This document shows positions 12,035 through 23,608 of a stretch of 64,000 bases of DNA, piece by piece. A program made the position numbers and the translations under genes. The stretch is from positions 48,764 to 112,763 of the forward strand of contig QPMI01000239.1 of the NCBI GenBank assembly GCA_004431415.1. Reading direction: 5' to 3'. The notes beneath the pieces were generated by a model that was given only the letters and a program-made list of their open reading frames with translations, ran no database searches and had not been told where the DNA came from. Source of the DNA: Cyanophora paradoxa CCMP329 (Eukaryota > Plantae > Glaucophyta). The first letter of the stretch is position 1. Each line of letters opens with the position of its first letter.

Positions 12035-12775
12035 ATGGAGGGCCAGGCAACTACGAGTCTACGACGTCGACCACTCAAAGTCGCGCTCATAGCTATAGGT
12101 GGGGTTGCTACTGCGCTTCTCTGTCTTTTTTATGTGCTCTTCTTGACTTGCACCGTCCTACCGAGTCGCAGGGGCCTGGGGTCGCTTTGCCTCCGGCTCT
12201 GCCGGCTCTGCGATGTGTGCAGGAGGGAGACGTTCGACATTCGACATTCGCCTTGCTTCTCCAGTTCCTCGCGCGCGCGTGCTAGTTCACGTGCTTCTCC
12301 GGTTCTTCTCCAGTACGCGTGCACGTTACTCGTTTGGGCCGGGTCGCACATTCGCAGCTGCGAGTGTACGACGTCATCCGGTGCGCTCGCCCCTATTGCA
12401 AGCCCTGTGCAACAAGCCCCCGGAGTCAGCCCGGGCCCGCGGTCGGCTCTGCGACGCGCGCGTGCAGGAGGGAGACGCTTGAAAGGCTGCAGCTGGCGCG
12501 CGGAGTGGATGGCGGAGCTCGAGGTGCGGGCGTGCACGCCGGGCATATGCATGCCGGTGCTGCCCGTAGCGAGCAACGCTGACCGGGACCTCCACGTGCA
12601 CCGCCCCTCCCGCACCGCGCAGGGCGTCGCGCACCGCCGGCGCCCCCGGCCCGCCCTCCCGTCGAGCCCCGCACCCCGGCCGCGACCCCGCTCACCCCGT
12701 GCGCCTGCAGGCCTTCGGGGGCCTCGCGAGAGCCCTCTGCGAGGCGGCCCGCGGCCGGCCTGGCGCCTGACGTGA
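12035..12775 (+). CDS. Hypothetical protein with N-terminal membrane anchor
   Basis: RRRPLK followed by hydrophobic VALIAIGGVATALLCLFYVLFL; divergent from the DUF482 gene. Downstream exon structure unresolved. Confidence 0.35.
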   Translation: MEGQATTSLRRRPLKVALIAIGGVATALLCLFYVLFLTCTVLPSRRGLGSLCLRLCRLCDVCRRETFDIRHSPCFSSSSRARASSRASPVLLQYACTLLVWAGSHIRSCECTTSSGALAPIASPVQQAPGVSPGPRSALRRARAGGRRLKGCSWRAEWMAELEVRACTPGICMPVLPVASNADRDLHVHRPSRTAQGVAHRRRPRPALPSSPAPRPRPRSPRAPAGLRGPRESPLRGGPRPAWRLT

Positions 12776-13277
12776 TTACCGTTGCCTGCGTGTCTTCGCA
12801 AGTATTTCCTCGCACACCGACCATGGGCCTGCAGCTGGCGGCGCTTCGCTCTCGGCTTGGGCGTCGGCGTCGGCATCCTCCGATGCTCGCGCGCTTCGCG
12901 CGGCGGCCTCCGACCCGCAGGCGTCTCCGCGCGGCCCCATTTTCCTCTTGGATTCCCTCTCCGGCCTCCTGGCCAAGCTGCGAGCGCGATATTAAATGAG
13001 TCCTGGCATGCATATGGGTACTTCTCGCGACAAGTTGAGCTTAGCCATAGATCTATACTAGCTAGAGATTTCGATATCGAAATGTCAACTTTAATTTGTT
13101 CATGATATCGATCATGGTCTGCTCGCCACGAGCCGCTGAGCTTGCCGCAGTGCAATTGCGTTTCCGCGAGCCGCGAGACTTCGAGGCTCCTCGAGGCTTG
13201 GGGGGGGGGGGGGGGGGGGATGGCCTCGAGGGCATTATTTCGTTTCAATTGCAGGAGGGCATTACAGATCGATTTCA

Positions 13278-13300
13278 TGAGTCACTGAGTCACTGAGTCA
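13278..13300. repeat. (TGAGTCAC)x3, three AP-1/GCN4-type TGAGTCA motifs
   Basis: tgagtcactgagtcactgagtca read directly. Confidence 0.8.
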
Positions 13301-13588
13301 AGCAAGAGGCCCGGGGGGGGGCGGGGCGGGGTCCAGCTGCAAGCCCTGGCTCAGTGGGCAACGTTAACGGGGTTCGCCTAGGCCTGCCTGTACTTGGCCA
13401 TGGCCACTAACTGCGACGTTCCCAGCTCCGAATTTTCTCTTTTCTTTTCTTCCCGATCTTCAAATTTTCTTTCAAGTTTGCCCAAGTTGATTCACTGCGT
13501 CAACTTGCGCTTGCAAGATTTCTCTTTAATTTGCAACAACGCATCTCGGAGTCCGGATCCAGACCTACTGCAGGGGCTAGAGCTGGCC

Positions 13589-13675
13589 GGAAATCCGATG
13601 ATCTGACTCCGATGATCTGACTCCAGGCCCCGAGGGAAAAAAACCACACGCGCAGGAAATCCGATGATCTGACTC
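13589..13675. repeat. Three copies of TCCGATGATCTGAC (two within GGAAATCCGATGATCTGACTC)
   Basis: Copies at about 13594, 13608 and 13660. Confidence 0.85.
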
Positions 13676-13767
13676 GGCGGAAAGAAGTACCACGAATACG
13701 AGTTCGGCGGATGCAGGCTATCAAGTAACTGGTCATGAAGCTGAGCCTAACACTTCGACGAGAGTCT

Positions 13768-16700
13768 TCATCCCGTGCAGTCGAAAGGCCGCGCGATGAG
13801 GCGGTCACGCGAAAGCGACGCCGGGGCCGCCCGACGCGGCGGCCGCGGGGAGGGTCGCGGGGCGCGGTGCGGGGAGCTCGAGGAGGGCGGGGAGGGCGGG
13901 GGCGGGGGCGGCGGGGGCGGCGGGGGCCCCCAGGCGATGCAGCGCCAGAGGTCGCGGACGGGCTCGAGCTTGGCCTCCTCGTCGCCGAGCTCGGGGAGGA
14001 GGCGGCCGGCGAGCAGCAGCACGGGCCCCGCCACGATCTCGAGAAAGGCGAGCACGTGCTCCGCCGCCCCGCGCCACGCCCCCGCCAGGTGCTCCGGCAG
14101 CCGCCCCTCCTGCCGCCCCCGCGCCACCGCCGCCTGCCGTGCCGCCACCCCGGGCCCCCACGCCGGCGCAAGCGGGTTCGACCCCTGCTGCTCCGCCCCC
14201 TCGCCCGCTGGCGCCGAGGCGGCCGGCTGCTCCGCGCGGGTTGCGAGGGAGGGGGCGCGGGGAAGGGCGGCGGGGGGGCCCGGGCGGGCGGTGGGGGCCG
14301 TCGAGGGGCCCAGCGCGGCGCCCAGGCTGCCGAAGAGGGGCATGTGGGGGATCGGCGTGAGCCCGCCCCGCGCTGCCCGCCCCCAGTGAGGCCGGCGGCG
14401 GGATGCAGAGGGGCGGCAGAGCGCGAGACGGCGGGGGCGCACAGCGGAGGGAGAAGAAGGAGTTGGCGGAGCTGGCGCCGTCCGACCTGCGCACGACGCG
14501 GGGGGACGGGGCGCGACTCAGCGGGCGGCAGCAGCGGCACCGGCGCGGCGGGGGGCGCGGACGCGATGTTCTCGCCCTCGGCCTCCATCCAGTCGGCCGT
14601 CTCCGCGCCGCGCATCTCGGGGAAGAAGCGGTAGCACTGCGCCGCCGGCCCCGCCGGGTCGTCCGGGGCGCGGGGCGGGCGCGCGCGCGGGCGGGCCGCA
14701 CGGTGGAGGGCCCGCAGCGCTCCGCCGCCGACGGGATCTGGGCCACGCGCGCGGTCGGGGGCCGGCGTGGGCGGGCCCCGCGAAGCGCGGACCTTGTAGA
14801 CGTCGACCAGCGAGCAGAAGCGGAAGAGGAAGACGCAGAGGCGGCGGCGGGCGGCGGGGGAGAGGGACCAGGCGCGCCCGACGTCCCCGCAGCGCAGCGC
14901 CTCGTACTCCCCCAGCGCCCCGTCCATCCCCAGCACGAACGACTGCCCCGAGGGCGGGGCGCTCAGCCGGCGCCGGCGGGGCGGGGCGGGCGCGGGCGGG
15001 GGCGGACGAGGGTCTCGGGGCCGCGTCGCCGGCGGCCTCGAGGCACGCGCCCAGCGCCGTCGCGCAGGCGTCGTCGTACTGTGCCCCGCCCCCCCGCGTC
15101 AGCGCCCCGCCGCCTCGTCGCCGGCGGCGCGCGGGCGCGCCCTGTCGACGTCGCCGATGACCTCTGCGAGGAGCGCGGCGACGCGCTCCTCCGCCCCCCC
15201 CGCCCCCTGCCCCGCCCCGGCCCCCGCCGCGCCCTCCAGCCGCGCCTCCCCCTGCGCCGCCCGCCGCCGCCGCCGGGGGGACGAGTGAGCGGCGCGGGCG
15301 GGCCGGAAGGCGGGGCGGGGGAGCGGGGCGGGGCGGACGGGGCGGAGGTCGGTGAGGGCGGAGGCGACGAGAGAGAGCCGCGGCTGCCCGCCCGCCCTCC
15401 CCGGCCCCGCCCCCTCCACCTCCCCCGTCCTGCCGCCCCCTCCTCAGACGCCCCCGTTTGCCCCGAAGCAAGGGCAGCCGAAGAGGGGCGCATGCGCCTC
15501 CCCTGGGGAGCGGGTGGGGGCGGGGCCGGGGCGCACGCGGGCCGGGATGGGAAGTGGATGCCGCGCGCGCGGTACGTCGTCGGGCGCGAGGTGCGCCCCC
15601 CATCCTCCTCCTGTACCCCGCCCCGGCCCGCCCCGCGGGTGAGGGCCGCTGGGCGGGGGCGGGGGCGGGGGCCGGGAGCACCGAGGCCCCCTCCGAGGCG
15701 CTCTTCACGTTGCGCGCCTTGAACGAGCGCTGCGCGGGGCGCGTGAGGGCGCCGCGGGAAGGGGCGATGGCAGGCAGCGGGCGCCTGGGTGAGCCAGGCC
15801 TTGGCGGCTTCCATCCCGCCACCGCCCTCCCCGGCCGCGAGGTCGCCGCCCGAGGCGGCGGGGACCTCCGCGCCCGGAGACTGCGCCAGCGCCACGGCGG
15901 CCGCGGGGCCCTTCCCGGCGCCCGCCCCTGCGGCCGCCTCGCTCGCCGGGGCGGGGGCGGCGGGGGTCCTGCCGGGCCCACCCTCCTCGGGGTCTGCGGG
16001 GCGGGGGCCCTCAGCGAGGCGGGGGCGGGAGGCGGGGCGGCGGGGCGGGGGCCCACCGGAGGCCGGGGCGCCGGCCTCCCCCGCTCCTCCTCGGCCACGC
16101 GGAAGGCCGCCAGCAGCGTCCTCACCGCCCCCTCTGCTCCGCGCCCCGCCCCCGCCGCGCGATCGGCGGGGCGGGGGCGGGGCGCGGGGCGGGCGGACCG
16201 GCGTTCTGGCAGAGGAGGGCGAGGAAGAGGCCGAGGACCTCGGCGGGGTAGACGTGGCGGCGCAGGCGGGGCACGCCGCGCACGAGCACGGCGAGCTGGT
16301 GCGCCGCCTGCAGCGCGTGGTGGAAGCCCCGCGCCCGCGTCCTGTACTCGACCCCCTGCGCCCCCCGCTCGGGGCGGGGCGGGCGGGGGGCGGGGCGGGG
16401 CGGGCCTGGAGCTCGTGGGCGAGGGCGGCGAGGGCGGGGGCGGAGCGGCGGACGAGGGAGGCGACGCCGAGCATGCGCAGCAGCTTCTCCACCTGCGCCC
16501 CCGCCGGGGCTCGCGGGGGCGCCCTGCGCGCTCCGGAGGGGGCGGGGCGGGGCGGGGCGGACGAGGAGGGCGGCCTCCGGGGCGGAGAGGAGGACCATCT
16601 CGCGGGCGTTGAAGCCGGCCTCGCCCACCCGCTCCCAGATGAACTCCCCCGCGCCCGCCCCGCGCCCCGCCCCTGCGCCCCCTCAGCCCGGCCCCCGCCC

Positions 16701-19700
16701 GCCCCCGCCGCCCGGCCCCGGCCCGTACCGGTGTCGCCCATGTCGGCCCGCGCCAGCGTGTCCTCCTGCATCCGGATCTGCAGCCCCCGCGTCAGCTCCC
16801 GTGCACGCTGCCGCCTCCGAGGGGGAGAGCGCGCCGCCGCCGCCGTCGCCCCCGGCACGGACATCTGCGAGCGCGCCTCCCCGCCGACCCCCGCCGCCGC
16901 CGCCGCCGACGCCGGCGAGCCGCGGCCGTCGGCGTGCGCGCCGGCGGGGGCCGCGAGGCTGCGCGGGCTCCCCGAGCCGGCGGGGGCCCCGAAGGAGCCG
17001 TGCCGCGACCGCACGGGCGCGGGGGCCGGCTTGCGCGCCACCTGGAGGCCGCGGCGCGTGAGGGAAAAGGCGGCGGCGGGGCGGCGGCGGCGGGACGGGG
17101 CGCACGAGGAGGAAGGTCTCCATGGCACCCTTGCCCTTCACCTCTGTCGGGCCAGGTTGGGGCAGCGCGGGGCGGCGCGGGGCGGGGCGCACGAATGGTG
17201 CCGCGGGGCTCCAGGTCGAAGGCGGGGCGGAGGCGAGCGGCGAGGGCGGCGCTGACGTGCACGCGGCCCGTCACCCCCGCGCTCTCCATCCGCGACGCCG
17301 TGCTGCAGGGGCGCACGCGAGTTCACGCGAGGCGCAGCGCGAGGCCCGGCGGGGCCGGGGGAGGCGGGGCGTGGCGCACTTGACGGTGTCCGACCAGACG
17401 TCGTAGGAGAGCTTCTTGAAGCCGACGACGCCCGCCACTACGGGGCCCACGTGCTGCCCCCCGCCCCGCCCCCTCAGCCCTGCCCGCCCTCCCCGCCCGC
17501 GCGAGGGGCGAGGGGCGGGGGGCGGGCGCGCCATGCCGACTCGGATGCGGAGGGCGACCTCCTCCTCCTCCCAGTCCTCCCCCGCCCCGGGCCCCGGGCC
17601 GGCCCCCGCCGCGAGCACCGCCTCCACCGCATCCTCCAGCTGCCCCGTACGCCGTCAGCCGAAGAGGGGAGAGAGCGGGGCCCTCGCTTGGAAGCTGAAG
17701 CACGCGGCGCACGTCGCGGTGGCGGACGGAGGTGCGCCGCCGGCGCGGCGTCGCCTCGGGCCCCGCCTCGCCCTCGCCCTCCCCGCCGGGGGTCCCGGGG
17801 GCACGCCGCCCGGGGACGCGCACGAGCAGCGGGGGGATCGTCTCGAGGGCCTGCGCGCCCCGCGGGATCCCGGAGCGCGGCGTCAGCGGGGGCCCGGGGG
17901 CGGGGCGGGGGCGGGGGCGGGGCGGGGCCTGGAGCATCTCGAGGGCCATGTCGGCGGCCGCCTCGAGGTGGCTGGGGAAGGGGAAGGGCAGCCCCGAGAC
18001 CGCCATGTACGCGTCTGCACCCCCGTCAGCTGCCGCGCCCCGCCGGCAGCGCGCCGGCGAGGCGCGCGGCGCCCACCCCCGATGGTCTTGATCTGCGGCG
18101 CGGGGGCGTCAGCGCGCGCGCGGGGCGGGGCGATCGCGAGCTCGAGCAGGAGGCGGGGCGGGGCGGGGCGGGCGGGAGGGCGGACCTTCTCGAGGCCGTG
18201 CTTCTCGCAGAGGGCGTCGAACTTGGAGAAAATCTCGTTGAGGGTCAGCACCAGCGCCCGCGGGTCCAGCCGCTCGCTGATGGTCTGCGGGGCGAGGGTC
18301 GCGCGGGGCGGGGCCCGGGCGCCGGGGGGGCGGGCTGGGGGGGGCACCGTGAAGCCGGCGATGTCGGCGAAGAGGACGACGACGTCCTCGAAGCGGCGGG
18401 CGAGGGAGATGACCGGCCGCTCCTCCAGCAGCTCCTTCGCCACCGGCGCCGGCAGGATGTTCAGCAGCAGGTTCTCGAACCTGCGCGCGTCGCCAGTCGG
18501 CGCGGCGCGCCGGGCGCGGCGGGGCCGGCGGCGGGGCCGATGGCGGGGGTGCACCGGCCCTTGCTCTCCTCGAGCTCGTGGAGGGCCTTGCGGCGGGCGG
18601 TGATCTGCGCCCCGCCCTCGCGCAAGCCCGGGGCCGGGGGTGCGGGGCGCGCGGGCCTCGCGTATGGAGCCGATGAAGAGGCGCTCGCCGGCCACGCTCG
18701 TCTGCGACACCGAGAGCTCGATCGCTGCCCCGCCCCGTTAGCCCGCCCTCCAGCCCGCCCCGGAACGGGCGCGCACGGAAGCTCTGGCCCGACTTGCGGA
18801 CGGCCTGCGTCTCGCGGAGGCGCCCCACGACCCGCGGCTCCCCTGCCCGCGGCTCGACACGGGGCACGGGGCAAGGAGGGCCGGAGGAGGGGCGGGGCAC
18901 CGCCGGCGAGGAACTGCTTGACGGCGCGGTGGTGCATGCTCGCGTACAGCTGCCGCGCGGGCGGCCTCAGCTGCAGGCGGCCCGCGAGCGCGAGGGCCTG
19001 CGGGGCGGACGCGGCTCATGAGGATCTCGATCTTGGCGCCGACGGCCTCGGCGGCCTGCCAGCCGAACATCTCCTCGGCGCGGCGGTTGAAGGCGGTGAT
19101 CGTGGAGCGCGCGTTCATGACGATGACGGCGTCGTTGCTGCCCTCCATGAAGGCGTTCATCGAGCGGCCCTCTTTCCAGCTCACGTCGCGCACCTGCCCG
19201 CCCCTGAGGCCCGACCCGCTCGGGCGGCAAGGCGGGGCGGGCCTGGAGGCAGAGGGTCTGCTCGAGGCCGGCCGGGTCCGGGTCGTACGCGCAGAGCCGC
19301 AGCTCCGCCAGGAAGCTGCCGGCGGGCCCTCAGGCAGGGCGCGGGGGCGAGGCGGCGGGGCGGGGCGCGGCGGGCGGGCCTCTCGCCGTCGGCGCGGCGG
19401 CAGACGGCGTCGTACTCGAGGGCGCGCCGGCGGCGGCCGCGGCCCGTCCCGGCGGCCCGCCCCCGCCCCCGCCGGCCGACGCGAGCGAGGGCAGCGAGGG
19501 GCTCGACGCCACGCTCCCGCCGGAGCCGCGCCGTAGCTCCGCGAGGAAGACTGCGGGGAACGGGTGAGGCGGCAGGTAGAGCTTGTGGAGGGAGCGGGGC
19601 GGGGCCGGGCGCGAACCGCCAGTGTTGAGCTTGGGGACGAGCTCGGAGAGGTCGCGGGGCGCCTCCGCCCCCGCCCCCACCCCGAACATCCGCCGCGCTG

Positions 19701-20652
19701 CCCGCCCCGCCCGCCCCGTCGCCCTCGCCCTGGAGCCCGGGCGGGGGAGGCGGGGCGGGCGCACCGGCGGCGTTCATGCGGGTGACGGTGCCGCTGGCGT
19801 CGACGCAGAGGTACGCGTGGCCCTGGTCGGCCTCAGGCGGGGGCGCGGGGAGGGGGGTGGGGCGCAAGGGGCCCGCCTGGAGGGAGAAGGTGGCCTCGAA
19901 GTGGCGCCGCCAGGCGAGGAGGGCGGCGGCGGCGGCCTCGCACTCGCCCCGCGCCTCTCGCAGCTCGTCCCGCAGCGCCAGCCACCGGCCCCCGCCCCGC
20001 CCCTCGCCCGCCGGCCCCTCCTCCCTGCCTCCCCTCCCCTCGGCCGCCGTCGCCAGCTGCGCGAGCAGGGCCGCCGAGGGCGTGCACGCCCGCCGCGCCG
20101 CCCGCAGCCGCTCCACGCTCCCCGCGCCGCGCCCCGCGAGAGCGTCGCCGCCGCCGCCGCGCAGGCCGCCGCGCCGCAGGCCATCAGCGCGAGGGCGGCG
20201 GCGAGGAGGGCGCGCGCGCGCTCGGCGGCGGCGGGCGCGAGGGCGGGGTCCGAGAGGGCGGCGGCGACGCAGGCGGCGGCGGGGCCGAGGAAGAGGGCGA
20301 GCGCCGCCAGCGGCCCCGCCGCCAGCACTGGGACGCTCACGCGCGGGGCCGCTCCGCCAGCCCCGGCGCCTTCGCCCTCGCGCTCAGTCGACGGGGGCGC
20401 CGGCGAGACGCGCGCCTCCGACGGGGACCGGAATGTGGCTGCCGACCGGGGCGCCGGCGGGCGGAAGGCGCGGCTGGTGTTGAGCGGCGGCGGCCCGCGC
20501 GGGGCCGCCGCGCGGGGCCGGGGCTTCTCGGGGGCATCGGCGAGGTCGATGCGGATGGAGGCGCCCTCGCCCGCGGCGGCGTCACCCCAGTCCGCCTTTC
20601 CGAGCACGTACACAGGCGCCCTCGTCGACGTCGACGTCGGCGCCGGCGTCAT
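13768..20652 (-). CDS. Membrane-anchored PAS-PAS-class III adenylate cyclase with C-terminal degenerate class I phosphodiesterase-like domain; many exons
   Basis: Two Ala/Leu-rich TM-like segments. PAS1 YLCVDASGTVTRMNAA/ARRMFG; PAS2 SNDAVIVMNARSTITAFNRRAEEMFGW...GAKIEILM. Cyclase LLLNILPAPVA...VVVLFADIAGFT...GLEK/IKTIG/DAYM...HVGPVVAGVVG...YDVWSDTVN/TASRMES...VKGKGAMETFL. PDE-like GFHHALQ...EVLGLFLALLCQNAG ... AFLEIVAGP...LLPEL...RDLW. The cyclase is secure; the fusion to the 13768-16650 exons is inferred. Confidence 0.85.
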
Positions 20653-21437
20653 CCCTCCACCCGCCCCCGCCGCGGCCGACGCTCCTCACGCGCACGCAGC
20701 CGACGCGACTGGTGGGCACTCGTTCCCGTTTGACGGCTTGACAATTGCTGGACGTCGACGGAAGCTGTGCGGCGCTGTCCGGATCCGTCCACAACGCGTA
20801 CGTTAACCCCTGCTCGAGCTCGCGCCGAGGGTGACAGTGGCCACTGATCGACAGGCCCCGCGGGCTGTCCGGCGGCCTTTTATGTGCTCTCTGCGCGGCC
20901 TCCGTTCGCAGAAGGCAAACTGCGCCGCCCGGGCGGCGCGGGCCGAGAATGCCGATGAGCTCCGACTCCGGAATCCTAACCCTAGCTACACGCCCAACGA
21001 ATGCGCGGCCTCCGAAAATGGCTAGTGTGTCGATGATAATCCCAGCGAGCCCCACGGCGGTCCCCAGCGGCCGGGCCGGCGCCGGGTAAGCTGCAGGCTG
21101 CAGCTGCAGCTGCACTGCGGCAGGCGAACACAAAAAAGACGCGTCCACAATGTCCCGGCCCCCCGGCCCGGGCCCCCGGCGCTCTCCCGGATGGTCGCTT
21201 TATGATCTTCTACTACCGCGGAAACGACATCGATGCGTAGGCGCGGCCCGGTGTGCGGCTGGGGTGCGGCTTCAACCTCTCGAGCTTCGTTCGCAACCGA
21301 TCGACGTGACGGGTACTCGTGAACGAGTCGGCGCCGCGCGTGCAAGCAATTGCAAGCGCAAGCAAGAGACCACAACAAGCACTTCAAGAGCAAGAAGAGC
21401 ACAAGCAAGGGCGCTGGTGCACCGACCCGTCCTTCAC

Positions 21438-23251
21438 ATGTCGTACGAGGTCCACAGGAGCCGGGAGGACCGCGAGCGGGCGCTTGTTACCGTGCGCGGG
21501 CCCGTGCAGCGCACCCGCGGCCACGCTGGAGCGCGCGTCGCCACCTGACCTCGTTCGCTTGACAGTCGAAGCTCGTCACAAACCGGGACTACGCCGCCCT
21601 TTGGGACGAACCTGAGGAGGTCGCGAGGAAGCCTATAGCTACAGCACCCGCAAAGCCCATCGCGAGCTCCTCGAAGCCCCAGCTCCCGGCTGGCAGCAGC
21701 AAGTCCCCGTCGGGTGTGGGTGCGCGAGACGCGCAGCGCGCTCGCCGCTTGCCTTGACTGTGGTTTTTTGTGCACGAAGCATCCGCGTCCGCCCACTCGG
21801 CCCCGAAGACCGTCGCGGCGCCGCCGCGCCCGGCGCCGAGCTCCTCCCTTGCGCCCCCCGCCGCGCGCTCCCTTGCGACTCCCTCCCCAACCGGATCTTC
21901 TGGCCGCCCCGCTGCGTCCCCAGGCGCGGCCCAGCGCGCGTCGCCCGTCCCCAAGGTCCTCGTCGCCGCGCTCCCTGCCCTTGACTCCCGCGGCTGACGG
22001 CCGGCTGCAGGAGCTGCAGCGGGCGGCGGGGACGCTCGCCAGCAACCGCGATTACGGGAGCTTCCTGAGCGGGGACGCCCCCGCGCCGCCCCCGCGCAAG
22101 GAGGCCCGCGAGCCGAGCCCCGCCCCTGCCGCCGCCCAAGCCTCGTCGGCGCGCCCGCCGCCCCGCCGCCCCGCGCGCCCGCTGAGGCCGCGCGCAGGGG
22201 CCGAAGCGCGCGGGGACGGCGTCGGGGCGGGGGGCGGGTTGGGGCCGGGGGCGGGCGGGGCGGCGACGACGCTCTCGGCGGAGGACTGGAAGCGGGCGTA
22301 CGAGCGGGAGGCGGAGGCGCGCAAGAAGGAGGCCTCCGCGCGCCGCTTCGCCGAGGAGCAGGCCCGCCAGCTCGAGGCCTACGCCCGCCAGCTCCGCAGG
22401 GAGCTCCGCGCCCACGGCCTCGAGCCCCCGCCCCGGCCCCCGCCGCCTCCCGCCCCGCCCGCGACGCCCCGGCCCCGCCCTCCTCCTCCTCGGGCGCGCG
22501 GGAGCGGGAGCGGGAGCGGGCGGCGGCTGAGCGGGAGCGGGCGGCGTCGGAGAGGGAGCGCGAGCGGGCGACGGCGGCGCGGGACCGCGAGCGGGCCGCC
22601 CACGAGCGGGAGCGGGAGCGGGAGCGGGAGCGGGCGGCGCCGCGGGGGCGGAGGCGAGGCCGCCGCGGCCGTCGGCGTCGCAGTCGGGGGCCCCCGCGCG
22701 CCCCGTCCTCCTCAAGCCGAAGCGCGCCGCCCCCGCCGCCGCCGGCCGGCCGGCGCTGAGCTGCGCGGCAGGATCGTGGCGCCGGGCATGTTCCCCTACG
22801 CGAGCGACAGCGAGGACGAGCTCGACGAGGAGGCCGTCGAGGGCCCGCCCCCGCCCCTCCTGCCTCCGACCCCGCGCCCGACGCGGGCGCCGCCGCAGGC
22901 AACACGCGGGCGCTCATCTGGAACATGTTCGGCTACGACCCGAACAAGGTGCCGGGCTGGGGGGTGGGCGGAGGGCCGGGGGGGCTGACCGTGCGGGGCG
23001 CGGGAGCGCAGTACGCGGGGCGGGAGGACGAGGAGGACGAGGGGATGGAGGCGCGCTTCGACGAGATCCGCGCCGAGGAGCGCCGCAGGTGCCCGCCCCG
23101 GCCCCTCCAGCTCGCCGCCCCCGAGCGAGCGAGCGAGCGCCGTCGGCGGGGCGGCAGCGCGAAGATCGGGCGGCAGGAGGACATCGAGGAGGAGCGGCGG
23201 CAGCGCGAGGAGGAGGAGCGCGAGCGCGAGCGCAAGCGCAGGAAGAAGTGA
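21438..23251 (+). CDS. SPT2: SPT2-like chromatin protein / histone chaperone; multi-exon
   Basis: C-terminal LIWNMFGYDPNK/YAGREDEEDEGMEARFDEIRAEERR/SAKIGRQEDIEEERR matches the SPT2 domain. First exon MSYEVH... splices in phase 0 to SKLVTNRDY. Confidence 0.85.
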
Positions 23252-23608
23252 CCCCCGCGGGGCGCACACGCGTGGCATCCCACACTTCTGGCGGATCGGA
23301 AGGAGACCTGTCAATGTGGCGTGGAAATCGAAGACTGCACATAACTGCAACATTCTCCTTTACAAATACAAAGTAAGTACTCTGCGAGATCTAGAGCGAC
23401 AGAACGCGAAACTGCGACATAGTAAAGAACTCTTACTGCAATGGAATAGCCTGATAAGTGAAACTCTGACACTGCAGCTGGGAAATGTATTATGCTGTGA
23501 AGGGTTAAAACGGATCACTCGCAAGGCGAAGGGCTACACGAAATGGCTCTCGCGATCGTGCAGGCCCTCGGAGGGCCGCCGTGCTGCGTTGCGGCGAGGA
23601 GTGCGCGG

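Noticed and set aside
17200-18480. Guanylate cyclase call (DTVNTASRMES is common in GCs)
   Set aside because: The specificity positions are Lys and Asp (ATP type), not Glu and Cys.
20830-21430. Short ORFs between the cyclase and SPT2
   Set aside because: No coherent splice model or homology; treated as promoter/UTR.
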